64,000 nt of DNA from Pedobacter sp. (GTDB lineage Bacteria > Desulfobacterota > Desulfuromonadia > Desulfuromonadales > Syntrophotaleaceae), in assembly GCA_050253415.1 (NCBI GenBank), contig JBFWJC010000002.1, positions 576,725-640,724 of the forward strand, in the 5' to 3' direction. How positions within the stretch are numbered: position 1 is the first letter of the stretch; every line of letters starts with the position of its first letter. Shown here one piece after another: positions 19,460 to 28,419 of this stretch. The translations under genes and the position numbers were made by a program. The notes under the pieces were generated by a model. It worked only from the letters and a program-made list of their open reading frames with translations. It was not told where the DNA came from and did not search any database.

Positions 19460-19546
19460 GGTCTGGGAGGGAACGTGTATCAGTCTCGGGTTCGATAAGG
19501 CTTAAAGAATAGATCTGTTACAGAAACAGATTAGTTTGTCTGTAGT

Positions 19547-19586
19547 AAAAGACCGGTGCGAGTGGCGCCGGTCTTTTGTTTTTTTT
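19547..19586. terminator. Bidirectional terminator between convergent operons
   Basis: AAAAGACCGGTGC/GCGCCGGTCTTTT stem flanked by A and T runs. Confidence 0.8.
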
Positions 19587-19612
19587 CCGTGGATGAAGAA
19601 CCTGGTTAGACA

Positions 19613-20206
19613 CTAATTCATGCTCGCCAGACTTTCAATAATTTGCTTTGAAATCAGGTTTTTGGAGGAATTGTAGGATGATTCGGGCGCCACCAGCCCG
19701 ACGATAAAATATGCGGTATCTTCTGCTGGGGTAACGAAACCGACCAGCCGTCGCTTATTGAAATCCAGGTCGATCCATAAAAGATTGCCAGCTTCCGGGT
19801 CGATGCGCTCAAGCTGATCCATGGCATAGATCATTTCCGCTCCCGTGCATTCAAAACCGTGGCCAGGGATTCGGCCGCGCGTCGCAATAATGAAGCCCTG
19901 AGAATCGACGACAAAGGCTGCCTCGGCGCGGGTCACGCTGATACACCAGGCAATGCAGCTTTCCCAGTCGGCAAACCTCTGGGGTGGCGGTGCAACCTCT
20001 GTTTCCTGGGGGGCTTCTGTGTTGGTAGGACCTGCTACGGAGGCCGGCAGCGCTACAGGGTCTATCCTTTGTTGCGCAGTCAGGCGCACAAACGTTTGCG
20101 TGTCGCTTCGCTCCAGGGGTTTCCCATGTTGTTTTTTCGGTACGAGAGTGGCCAGAATCTGCTGCGCGTACTTCAGGTTATACGAGTTCACGTTGCGGTC
20201 TTTCAT
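19613..20206 (-). CDS. Hypothetical protein with Pro-rich linker and C-terminal Roadblock-like domain
   Basis: AEAAFVVDSQGFIIATRG resembles the Roadblock/LC7 beta-hairpin motif; start overlaps the end of the parA-like gene. Confidence 0.6.
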   Translation of the reverse strand: MKDRNVNSYNLKYAQQILATLVPKKQHGKPLERSDTQTFVRLTAQQRIDPVALPASVAGPTNTEAPQETEVAPPPQRFADWESCIAWCISVTRAEAAFVVDSQGFIIATRGRIPGHGFECTGAEMIYAMDQLERIDPEAGNLLWIDLDFNKRRLVGFVTPAEDTAYFIVGLVAPESSYNSSKNLISKQIIESLASMN

Positions 20207-20993
20207 CTTCGACTCCCGTATCGCCACCCATATTTTGGATGATGGTTTGGATTTCCGTAGCCAGTATCTCGAATCTTTTGGCTTCAGGTGGGCACCTGCC
20301 TGGTAAAAATGCGACCGGTACGCCTTTTTCGCTGGCCATGTGAAAAACCTCGGCGCGCGGTATGTAGGTTTCCATGACGCCGGGTAGCGACGACCAGGCG
20401 GTATTCATGATGGTGAAGGAAACATCCATGCTCAATTCCACCATGATGGCCAGAATGCCGAGCAGTTCGAGATCCGGGTTTTCAGTTTCTTTGACGTGCT
20501 GAAGCACATGCAAGGATTGAGAAATGGCCCGCAGGGCAAGAGGCTCCGCCTGCAGGGGGAGCAGGGTATGGGTGCTGACCGCCAGCGCTGCTCGGGTAAC
20601 CGATCCCAGCCCCGAAGGGGTATCGATGATGATGTAGCGGAATCGATGTTGTACTGATGTGATGATATCCTGCAGAGCCGTGGAGCAGCGCAGAACATTT
20701 TCGTAGATATCGATGTCCAGCGGATCAAGGCAGCCCCTTGGCAGAATTGATAGCTGCGGTAATTTGGTTTGCATGATGACATCGTCAAGCAGTGTCTCGT
20801 CAACTATGTGTTCCGCCAGGCCGCGCCACTCGGTGTCGCTGCGTGCCAAAGAAAAACCGATGGCGCCAAGAGGGTCCACGTCGATGAGTAGCGTGGAATC
20901 TCCAGCTTCGGCCAATGCAACGGCCAAATTCAGGGCAACCGTGGTTTTGCCTGTGCCGCCTTTGGAACTGACTATGGAAATAATATTTGCCAT
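20178..20993 (-). CDS. ParA/MinD-family ATPase (no parB nearby)
   Basis: Deviant Walker A KGGTGKTT, LLIDVDP, IIIDTPSG. Confidence 0.92.
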   Translation of the reverse strand: MANIISIVSSKGGTGKTTVALNLAVALAEAGDSTLLIDVDPLGAIGFSLARSDTEWRGLAEHIVDETLLDDVIMQTKLPQLSILPRGCLDPLDIDIYENVLRCSTALQDIITSVQHRFRYIIIDTPSGLGSVTRAALAVSTHTLLPLQAEPLALRAISQSLHVLQHVKETENPDLELLGILAIMVELSMDVSFTIMNTAWSSLPGVMETYIPRAEVFHMASEKGVPVAFLPGRCPPEAKRFEILATEIQTIIQNMGGDTGVEDERPQRELV

Positions 20994-21190
20994 ATCTTCA
21001 CCGCATATCGTTAAGCGTGTTGTATCCGGGCGTGACGTAGTATGCCTCCCGGATTTCGCTATTTCTTCAGCGTCCTGCTGACCCAACTCCGGATATATGT
21101 CCATCGGCCAGATGGCGGTGCGTTCCAGGTTCATGCCAGGAGGCCGTCGCTGCTATGCCCGTGGGCGCACTGTTGCTGATATGTCTCCGG

Positions 21191-21769
21191 TCACTTGCTG
21201 GTTACAATAAATTCGCCGTAGGCATCGCCTGCTTCGAGACCTTTGGTCTGCTTACAGACAAAGGTGTCCATGCCATCCGGGTAGGGGGCCGCATAGGTAA
21301 GATCGAAGAAGGCTTGATTCAGTCCTTGCAGCATGTAGGCACGTAATCCTTCCCCCTTGCTGTCTGCTTCGTAATAATCGAAAGCCCGGACAATCATTTT
21401 TTTTCCTTCTTTCAGTTGCACGATGCCCGATTTTGCCCAGCCCCAGGCGGTGAACGCCGCATAGGCGCCGCGCAGAATGTCTTTTTCATCTTCGGTGACC
21501 ATTGGCATAACCACTTCGCTGAAAATTTCAGAGGTGATAATGCCGCAGCCGGTGTGGTAGCCACATTCATAGGCCGCCCTGACCAGTCCAGCCTCGATCT
21601 CGGCTTTACGCTCGGGTGCTGCAGCGAGAAGTCGTTCCGTTAAGGTGTTCAGCAACGAAACAGGCAATAGGTTGACCAGTACTTCGTATTCCGGGATCAA
21701 TCCTTGCTCGTTACTTTGCACAGTGACTTTGGCAAGAGCCTTAACCACGTCGTTTCGCATGACCGTCAT
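21191..21769 (-). CDS. V4R-fold-like protein
   Basis: AWGWAK motif and C-terminal xQTKGLEAGDAYGEF pattern resembling V4R (4VR); GGAGG RBS. Confidence 0.6.
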   Translation of the reverse strand: MTVMRNDVVKALAKVTVQSNEQGLIPEYEVLVNLLPVSLLNTLTERLLAAAPERKAEIEAGLVRAAYECGYHTGCGIITSEIFSEVVMPMVTEDEKDILRGAYAAFTAWGWAKSGIVQLKEGKKMIVRAFDYYEADSKGEGLRAYMLQGLNQAFFDLTYAAPYPDGMDTFVCKQTKGLEAGDAYGEFIVTSK

Positions 21770-21788
21770 GTGGATCCGTCCTCCTTGT

Positions 21789-22304
21789 TCAAGCTGCCTT
21801 GACGACAAACACGCTTTGTTCCTCGCCTGTGACCATTCCGGCAGTTTCGGTTACGGAAAAACTTCTGGGGGCGCCATTGAAAATTGCGGCAAACAAGGCC
21901 GCTACATAGCCGCGCGTGAAATGGTTGATCGGTTTATGGTGTTTGCCCCATTTTATCAGCCAGCCTTCATCGATATGGGAATGGCTGAGTCGGGCTTCTC
22001 CGGATTGATCGTTGCCACTGATGGTCATTTTACCCAGCCCGAAAGTAGAGAAATATTCGGTGCCGACCATCCCCTTTTCCCTGCTGTCGGTGATACTGTT
22101 TTTCTGGAAATAATCCTCAAGCAGGACACGCATCGTATCTTCGACCGTATCAGCCAGAATTTGCGGCCCGTTGATATCATCCAGGTCTTCCACCAGTTTG
22201 GTGATGAGTGCCAGGTAGTGGTGGGAATGCATGACCACAGGGTGACCGTTAAGGTAGTGACGATAGGTAGTGTCATCGAGAGTGAAGTCGAGTTTAAGCG
22301 GCAT
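21789..22304 (-). CDS. V4R-fold-like protein with His cluster
   Basis: HSHHY, FGLGK, NHFTRGYVAALF, VTETAGMVTGEEQSVF; AGGAGG RBS. Confidence 0.65.
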   Translation of the reverse strand: MPLKLDFTLDDTTYRHYLNGHPVVMHSHHYLALITKLVEDLDDINGPQILADTVEDTMRVLLEDYFQKNSITDSREKGMVGTEYFSTFGLGKMTISGNDQSGEARLSHSHIDEGWLIKWGKHHKPINHFTRGYVAALFAAIFNGAPRSFSVTETAGMVTGEEQSVFVVKAA

Positions 22305-22316
22305 CGCGTGTTCCTC

Positions 22317-23093
22317 CTAGAAAGACAAGCCAAGCTCTTGGAACAGTTTTTTGGTTTTGTGACGAATGATTCCCAGCTTGGAAGCGTCGGGGGTGACGAT
22401 GGCCGCAATGGCATCTCCTACCGGTTTGCACATGATGACTGCCCTGCCGTATTCGATGAACATATCCTGGAACTGGTTGACATTCAGCTCCGTGCCCATT
22501 TCTTCAATGCCATTGATGGAGTGAGCCAGCGAGGCTCCCAGTTCATCAATATTTACCCGGGCGCTGCTGCCGGCGGATTCAATGACGAATCCGTCACGAC
22601 CAACTACCACCACGGCATCAATGCCGGAGATTTCCAGCAAATCGTTCAAGACATCTGTCGATTCTCTTGGTTCTTGTTCCATGGACGTATTCCCTTCCTC
22701 AATTACTGGCGCGCTATTGGGTGTAAAGCTGTTAGTCATGTTTTCCTGTAAAACAATGGCTTCAAGGATGGCATGCTGGACCGACAAACCGATGTCTGTC
22801 TCCGGGGGGGCGATTCCCGGCAAGAAATTAAAAGACCCCTTGTTCCAGTTGAGCATGTCGGCAAAGCTTTCCATTCCGGTTTTTTCACTGGTCTTTGCCG
22901 ACAGGACCTTGCCCTTTCCAAAATAGATCATGCCCTCTTCATTTTGCGGATGGCGTACAATTCTGATCGCGCCACTTTCGGCGCTCGCTGCCAGAAACTG
23001 CAATAGGTCGGTAATGGTCGTCAGCGACAAGTTACCTTGTAGACCACGATCTTTCGGATCGCCTGTTATGGTTGGACCATAGAGCCCGGGCAT
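22317..23093 (-). CDS. DUF4388 (PatA_N-like) plus Roadblock/LC7 domain protein
   Basis: LQGNLS..DLLQFL..GMIYFGKGKV..WNKGSFNF N-terminal domain; ISGIDAVVVVGRDGFVIES Roadblock C-terminal domain. Confidence 0.85.
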   Translation of the reverse strand: MPGLYGPTITGDPKDRGLQGNLSLTTITDLLQFLAASAESGAIRIVRHPQNEEGMIYFGKGKVLSAKTSEKTGMESFADMLNWNKGSFNFLPGIAPPETDIGLSVQHAILEAIVLQENMTNSFTPNSAPVIEEGNTSMEQEPRESTDVLNDLLEISGIDAVVVVGRDGFVIESAGSSARVNIDELGASLAHSINGIEEMGTELNVNQFQDMFIEYGRAVIMCKPVGDAIAAIVTPDASKLGIIRHKTKKLFQELGLSF

Positions 23094-23209
23094 ATTTAAC
23101 CATCCTGAATTGGTAGGTGTTTAAAGCTGCGTCCTTGGTTTATTCCAGTTGTGGGCCCGTTTCTCGGACTGTTTCAGACTTCCCTATGCCTTGGTAAAAA
23201 GGGCAGCCC

Positions 23210-24553
23210 TTAACCGAAGACCAGCATGGTCGAAGTCTGATTGATGTGGCCGATATACTGTTCCCCATAGGTACTGAATCCGACCGTGGGGATGTCGGCA
23301 AAGAGTTTCCCGTAATCCCCGCAGAGATTCTGCTGGCGCAGATCCAGCGTTCGCAAAATACAATCGAAATTGATGATCCCCGAGATGCTTCCGTGTTTCT
23401 TTTGAGCCTGGGCAATTGCCTGACGGGTGTCGCCGATCATATCGGTGGATTCAAGCAGCGAGAGCTTCATGCCCTCCTTGACACCGCAATAAAAAAACAT
23501 GGTGTCCCCTTTGATGCGTTGCGGGCTGCGGACATAGGGCTCGCCGTCGACAACCAGTCCGATGGGGTTACGCATAAAGCGCTGACTTACTTCGTTGACC
23601 GGCACACCGATCGCTTCGGCATAGGCTACCGCGGCTGGTTTATCGTTGAATTGCAGAACTTCGCGATTGGCTTCATCAGCTTTGGTTACCCTGAGAGTTT
23701 TGCCGAGAAACCGGAAGCTTTGGGTTTTGATGAAGGAGAATCCAATCCCCGGTTTTAGGAGTGCGAGAATTGCGGCATTGGTGTAACAGGTGCCATGTGC
23801 ATAGACGTGGGTTGCTGAAAATTGCAGATCATCGCCAGCCGAGCCGCCGATAAAGGGTACGTTGGTCAGGTCACCGAGGGTTTCAATGACTTTCTCTTCA
23901 ATACCGGCCAACCCGTCGATCAATAGGATGCCAACGTACCGGGAGGGATCCATGGCGCCTACAGGCTGCCTGAAGTGGGTCTCGAAATTATGGAAGGCCT
24001 GTTCGATGGAGGAGCGTTGTTTGAGGTTCTGTATGACTTCAATTTTCAGGTCCTGCGCCGCTTCGGCAGAAAAAGCCATGGCGACAACAGCGCCTGTCAG
24101 CATATGGCCGCTGGTGATTTCACCTGCCGTTGAGCAGCCGAAGACCTGGGCTTTGGGGAATCCATCATGCATGTGCCTGCTGATGGCGTCGGGCGCATGT
24201 TGCATGGAAGAGAAAAATATAACCATGGCAGGGTCCATGCTTGCAAGTTGCTGTTGGATTTCCCTGACGCATGCTTCGGTGGATATTTGTTTTGAAAACG
24301 CCGTTTTGATGGTCCCGGTCGAGGGCTTTTGGGGGGTATTTGAACGGATGTCGCCCGTTGCAACGCAAAAGGTCTTCATCATGTCTTCCAGCTTGGAAAT
24401 AATGGCAGGTACGTCCTCGGACTGGGCTGTGTACTTGACCGGATTAATACCCTTGAGGATCATTTTGGTTTTAATGACCCGTTCCATCATGGGGTTGTCT
24501 TTTGCTGCGTGATCGATGATGAAGTCGATCATTTGGCGAATTTTTCCTGCCAT
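23210..24553 (-). CDS. FIST-N/FIST-C sensory protein with extra ~60-aa N-terminal domain
   Basis: FGCSTAGEI, IGGSAGDD, FDCILR and GFSTYGEQ..HINQTST FIST motifs; AGGAGG RBS. Confidence 0.88.
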   Translation of the reverse strand: MAGKIRQMIDFIIDHAAKDNPMMERVIKTKMILKGINPVKYTAQSEDVPAIISKLEDMMKTFCVATGDIRSNTPQKPSTGTIKTAFSKQISTEACVREIQQQLASMDPAMVIFFSSMQHAPDAISRHMHDGFPKAQVFGCSTAGEITSGHMLTGAVVAMAFSAEAAQDLKIEVIQNLKQRSSIEQAFHNFETHFRQPVGAMDPSRYVGILLIDGLAGIEEKVIETLGDLTNVPFIGGSAGDDLQFSATHVYAHGTCYTNAAILALLKPGIGFSFIKTQSFRFLGKTLRVTKADEANREVLQFNDKPAAVAYAEAIGVPVNEVSQRFMRNPIGLVVDGEPYVRSPQRIKGDTMFFYCGVKEGMKLSLLESTDMIGDTRQAIAQAQKKHGSISGIINFDCILRTLDLRQQNLCGDYGKLFADIPTVGFSTYGEQYIGHINQTSTMLVFG

Positions 24554-24835
24554 GAAAATACCTCCTGATAAAAGTCCAATTCTGCTTGTTTGGCCTAACA
24601 GACTGGTGCTGACATTTGCCTGAGCGGATTTTGTTGCGCTCGTATTTGACGCGGTGTTTTTATCAAATGGCGGATTGCCGAGATTGCAAAGAAGAAGCGG
24701 CTTGAAAACAGAAATGATTTATTTAAATGTAAGGAAGGTAATATAATATTTTAATCATTGATGTCAATATATTAAAATATAATTTTTAACGATGTTTTAT
24801 TTTGTCTGGTGTCTGGCGAGGGGAGGTCGCAGGCG

Positions 24836-25426
24836 TTATGGCAGGGGGGCGGTGGATCTTAACTGAAAGAAATCGTGGGCTTCAAGCATGAATGCGGCAA
24901 AATCGGTTTCGAGCCCTTGCTGGTGTCGTAACAGTTCCTCTATGCCCTTGCCAAGGAGGTTGGGACGGCTGAGGCGGGCCGCCAGTCGTTGCAAAACTAT
25001 TTCGATGTGATCGAGGTTCCGTAACGCCACAAGCCAGTTTATCGCCAGCATACGCGGAAGGTGTTTGCAAAAGGATGGCGGCAACAGGGATTGGTAGGTC
25101 TGCAAAACAAGATGAATGGAGGCCGCGAATTCTTCCAGCGGTTGGCTATGGTAGGATCCCCAGTTTTTGGCAAGAAAGTGGTCGTAGGCGATATCGACCA
25201 GAATCCCGCGGCAATGGCGCAGTTTCGGATTCAGGCGTTTTTTGCTGCGGCGAAAGGCAACCGCCGTCTCGGCAAAGCTATCGAGTTGACGGTGGTGAAC
25301 GATGCCATGAAGGACTTTTTCAGGCAGTCGTCGGTCGAGGGGGCCCTTGATATAATCCCCGAGCAGGGCGCCCAGTCGGGCACCCGGGTGCGGTTCGACC
25401 AGATAGAGGTGCAGCAGGTGGTTCAA
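24836..25426 (-). CDS. acpH: Acyl carrier protein phosphodiesterase
   Basis: MNHLLHL, LGDYIKG, HRQLDSF, VDIAYDHFLA motifs; TTG start. Confidence 0.85.
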   Translation of the reverse strand: MNHLLHLYLVEPHPGARLGALLGDYIKGPLDRRLPEKVLHGIVHHRQLDSFAETAVAFRRSKKRLNPKLRHCRGILVDIAYDHFLAKNWGSYHSQPLEEFAASIHLVLQTYQSLLPPSFCKHLPRMLAINWLVALRNLDHIEIVLQRLAARLSRPNLLGKGIEELLRHQQGLETDFAAFMLEAHDFFQLRSTAPLP

Positions 25427-25494
25427 AGAGTATGCCCCGTTCGTTGTGTATGGTCGTTACGGCTTTGCCAGGGCTGAAAGGAACTGAGACGGGT

Positions 25495-26862
25495 CTAGTT
25501 TGTCCGTGCTCCCTCCACCCGTTCGGAACTCTGGTTGCCTTGGTCAAGTTGGGCCGTCTGGATCAGTTCTTTTCCGTCGAGACGTGCAGCAAGCTGGGCC
25601 ACCGCTTGTTTGAACCCATCACGATGCTTGGGCGAGACGGGGGCGGATGGCGGCGCTTTGATTTTGAGCGGATTGACGGCTACACCATTTTTATACATGC
25701 GGAAATCCAGATGTGGACCGGTTGAGCGTCCTGTGGTGCCAACATACCCGATGAGCTGTCCCTGGCGGACCTTGGTGCCTTTTTTTATACCTCGTCCAAA
25801 ACGGCTCATGTGATTATACATCGTTTCCCACCCACCGGGATGGCGGATCTTAACGCAGTTGCCGTTGTAGCGCTTGTAGGCGGCAAAGGTGACCGTGCCA
25901 TCGGCGACTGTCTTGATCGGCGTGCCGGTAGGCGCGGCGTAGTCGACGGCTGGATGGGGGCGTACTTTTTTGGTGATCGGGTGCAAACGCCGCATATTAA
26001 AGCCCGAAGAGATACGGGAAAAGGATAATGGGGCTTTCAAAAAGGCTTTGCGTAAACTGCGGCCGTTTTCGTCGTAATAAGCGGCGGACTGGTCACCATC
26101 TTTGAAGAGATAAGCATTATAAGCTTGACCCTGGTTGGTGAATCTGGCTGCCAGAATACGTCCGTATCCGGCGGTTTGGCCCTCTCTGAAGCGTTTTTCT
26201 ACCAAGGCCTCAAAGGAGTCTCCGGATTGAATGTCGCGGATGAAGTCGATATCCCAGGCAAAAATATCCGCCAGGGAAATGGCCAGCACTTCGCTTTCGC
26301 CACTGGCAACGACTGCTTCGAACAGGCTGGAGGTAATGCTACCCGTGACCAGTTCGGTTTGCACGGTGTAGGCGATGGGGACTTTGGTGACATGGAATCC
26401 TTCGCTCTCCTGTCGAACCACCAGCTGTTCTTCGCGATCGATGTCGTAAACAAAACTGTCGAAATTGCCATTGATCAGGCATAACGCATAAGGCTGCCCG
26501 GCGCATAACTTGGACAGGGGAAAAATCGGTTTGGATAACTGGCTGAGAAGGTGAATCTGCTGGGGCGAAAAAATGTCTGCAAACAGTGACGTAATTGTTT
26601 CCCCCGGCTGGATCGTGCCTTTGACTAACTTTCGATTAACGGGTGGTGTTTCCGGTATCGCAGCCTCTGTAATGTGAGACTGTTCCGGTTTCTCACGGGT
26701 GGTCCAAGGGGTTCCGAAACATAAGCCGAGGAAAAAACATCCCAGTACCAAAACACCAAGCAGAATGGGGGTTTTATAAGTCTTAAAAGATTTTTTTTTC
26801 AGACAGGGAAAACGTCGTGGTGGTTGAATATCACGCAGCATATCAGTCACTTTGCCGTTCAT
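25495..26862 (-). CDS. M23 family peptidoglycan endopeptidase (MepM-like); exact start uncertain
   Basis: HPAVDYAAP, YNHMS, STGPHLDFR; N-terminal TM. Confidence 0.9.
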   Translation of the reverse strand: MNGKVTDMLRDIQPPRRFPCLKKKSFKTYKTPILLGVLVLGCFFLGLCFGTPWTTREKPEQSHITEAAIPETPPVNRKLVKGTIQPGETITSLFADIFSPQQIHLLSQLSKPIFPLSKLCAGQPYALCLINGNFDSFVYDIDREEQLVVRQESEGFHVTKVPIAYTVQTELVTGSITSSLFEAVVASGESEVLAISLADIFAWDIDFIRDIQSGDSFEALVEKRFREGQTAGYGRILAARFTNQGQAYNAYLFKDGDQSAAYYDENGRSLRKAFLKAPLSFSRISSGFNMRRLHPITKKVRPHPAVDYAAPTGTPIKTVADGTVTFAAYKRYNGNCVKIRHPGGWETMYNHMSRFGRGIKKGTKVRQGQLIGYVGTTGRSTGPHLDFRMYKNGVAVNPLKIKAPPSAPVSPKHRDGFKQAVAQLAARLDGKELIQTAQLDQGNQSSERVEGARTN

Positions 26863-27102
26863 AAATAAGAAAATTGGTTGGGTGGGCCAGGATACGTGGC
26901 CCCATTTAAAATCACCGGCATGCTAACAGGTTTTTCCTGTCAATGTCCAGCGGTTCAAGGTGTCGGCCGGATTCAATGCAATGCCGTTGCCAAATACCGG
27001 TAAAATGGTCTATGTATGTAGCTGGATAATGCATTCTGCAGAAATGTGACACCGAGCCTCTAATCTTTATGGCTTTTGCCTAAATTAAAGACAGGAATAA
27101 CG

Positions 27103-28239
27103 ATGATAAAAAAAACACGCCTTGCGGATGAGTTTGCCCGGCAGGCCTGCATTGCCAGTCCGTCTTTCCGGGAAGGGGAAATATCCAGGTATCTGGTCGA
27201 GCGATTTGAGCGCCTCGGCATGACGGTGGTCATGGATGATGCAGGTCCTAAGGTCGGTAGCGAAAGTGGCAATTTGATCGCGACATTGCCGGCCAACGGC
27301 AAGGTCTGTGAGCCGTTGTTGTTGTCGGCGCATATGGACACGGTAGTGCCGGCGGATGGTGTGCAGGCGGTACTCAAAGACGGCGTATTTACCAGTGCCG
27401 GGGATACCATTCTCGGAGCTGACGACAAGGCCGGTCTGGCCGAAATCATTGAGGCGCTGGAAGTGGTGAGGGAGCAGAATATCCCGCACGGGCTGATCGA
27501 GGTGGTGATCACCATCTGCGAAGAAAAAGGTCTGCTCGGCGCCAAATATCTCGACTATTCCAAAGTTGTTTCAAAACGCGGCCTGGCCTTGGACACTTCC
27601 GGCACAGACCGGGTTATCAATACCGCACCGGCGGCCAATAAAATGCGCATCGTGCTTACCGGTCGCGAATCCCACGCCGGTATTTCCCCGGAAAACGGGG
27701 TTTCGGCGATTGTTGCCGCAGCCAAGGGTATCGCCGCCATGCGTCTGGGTCGCGTTGACCATGAAACTACCGCCAATATCGGCACCATTCAAGGCGGACA
27801 GGCCACCAATATCATCCCGCGCCAGGTTATCCTGGAAGGCGAAGCACGCAGCCACGATCCCGTTAAGCTGCAGGCCCAGACCGACCACATGATTGCCTGT
27901 CTGACCGATGCGGCGAGAGCTTGCGGGGCAACCATTAATGGCGAAACCGTGGCGGTGACGATTGAAACGGAGGTTCTGAGCGACTACCCCCATATGGCGG
28001 TTGCGGCGGGTGCCGGAATTCTGCAGTTGGTCGAAAAAGCGGCCAACCGTCTGGATCGGTCGATCGAATTGCGCAATGGCGGCGGCGGCAGCGATGCCAA
28101 TATCTTTAATGGCCACGGCATTGAAACCGTGATTATCGGTACCGGAATGACCGATGTGCATACCATCCATGAGTCGGTGCGGGTCGCCGATATGGTGCGC
28201 GTCGCTGAATTGCTGGTCGAGGTCATTCGCCTGGCCTGA
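27103..28239 (+). CDS. M20 family peptidase (peptidase T-like)
   Basis: SAHMDTV, LGADDKAG, CEEKGL, GGGSDAN, VHTIHE. Confidence 0.9.
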   Translation: MIKKTRLADEFARQACIASPSFREGEISRYLVERFERLGMTVVMDDAGPKVGSESGNLIATLPANGKVCEPLLLSAHMDTVVPADGVQAVLKDGVFTSAGDTILGADDKAGLAEIIEALEVVREQNIPHGLIEVVITICEEKGLLGAKYLDYSKVVSKRGLALDTSGTDRVINTAPAANKMRIVLTGRESHAGISPENGVSAIVAAAKGIAAMRLGRVDHETTANIGTIQGGQATNIIPRQVILEGEARSHDPVKLQAQTDHMIACLTDAARACGATINGETVAVTIETEVLSDYPHMAVAAGAGILQLVEKAANRLDRSIELRNGGGGSDANIFNGHGIETVIIGTGMTDVHTIHESVRVADMVRVAELLVEVIRLA

Positions 28240-28419
28240 CAGGCTCGAATTGAGCAGCTTCCCGGCAGTTTTCTTGATGCACTATCGTGCATGACAGAGA
28301 CCTGCCGCTTGTCCTCAAGGTGCGGCGCCGGATCATGCTGTAGCCTGGTCATTTCCTGAACTCCGAAGCGTTATCGCGCTTCGGGGTCGTTTGCCTCGAT
28401 TGAGATATTCCCGTCTTTT

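Noticed and set aside
20178..20993. parA as evidence of a plasmid or prophage
   Set aside because: No parB, replication, integrase or phage genes; it sits inside a signalling-type operon
21645..22751. 368-aa plus-strand ORF
   Set aside because: Antisense to the V4R/Roadblock genes, which have clear RBSs and domain motifs
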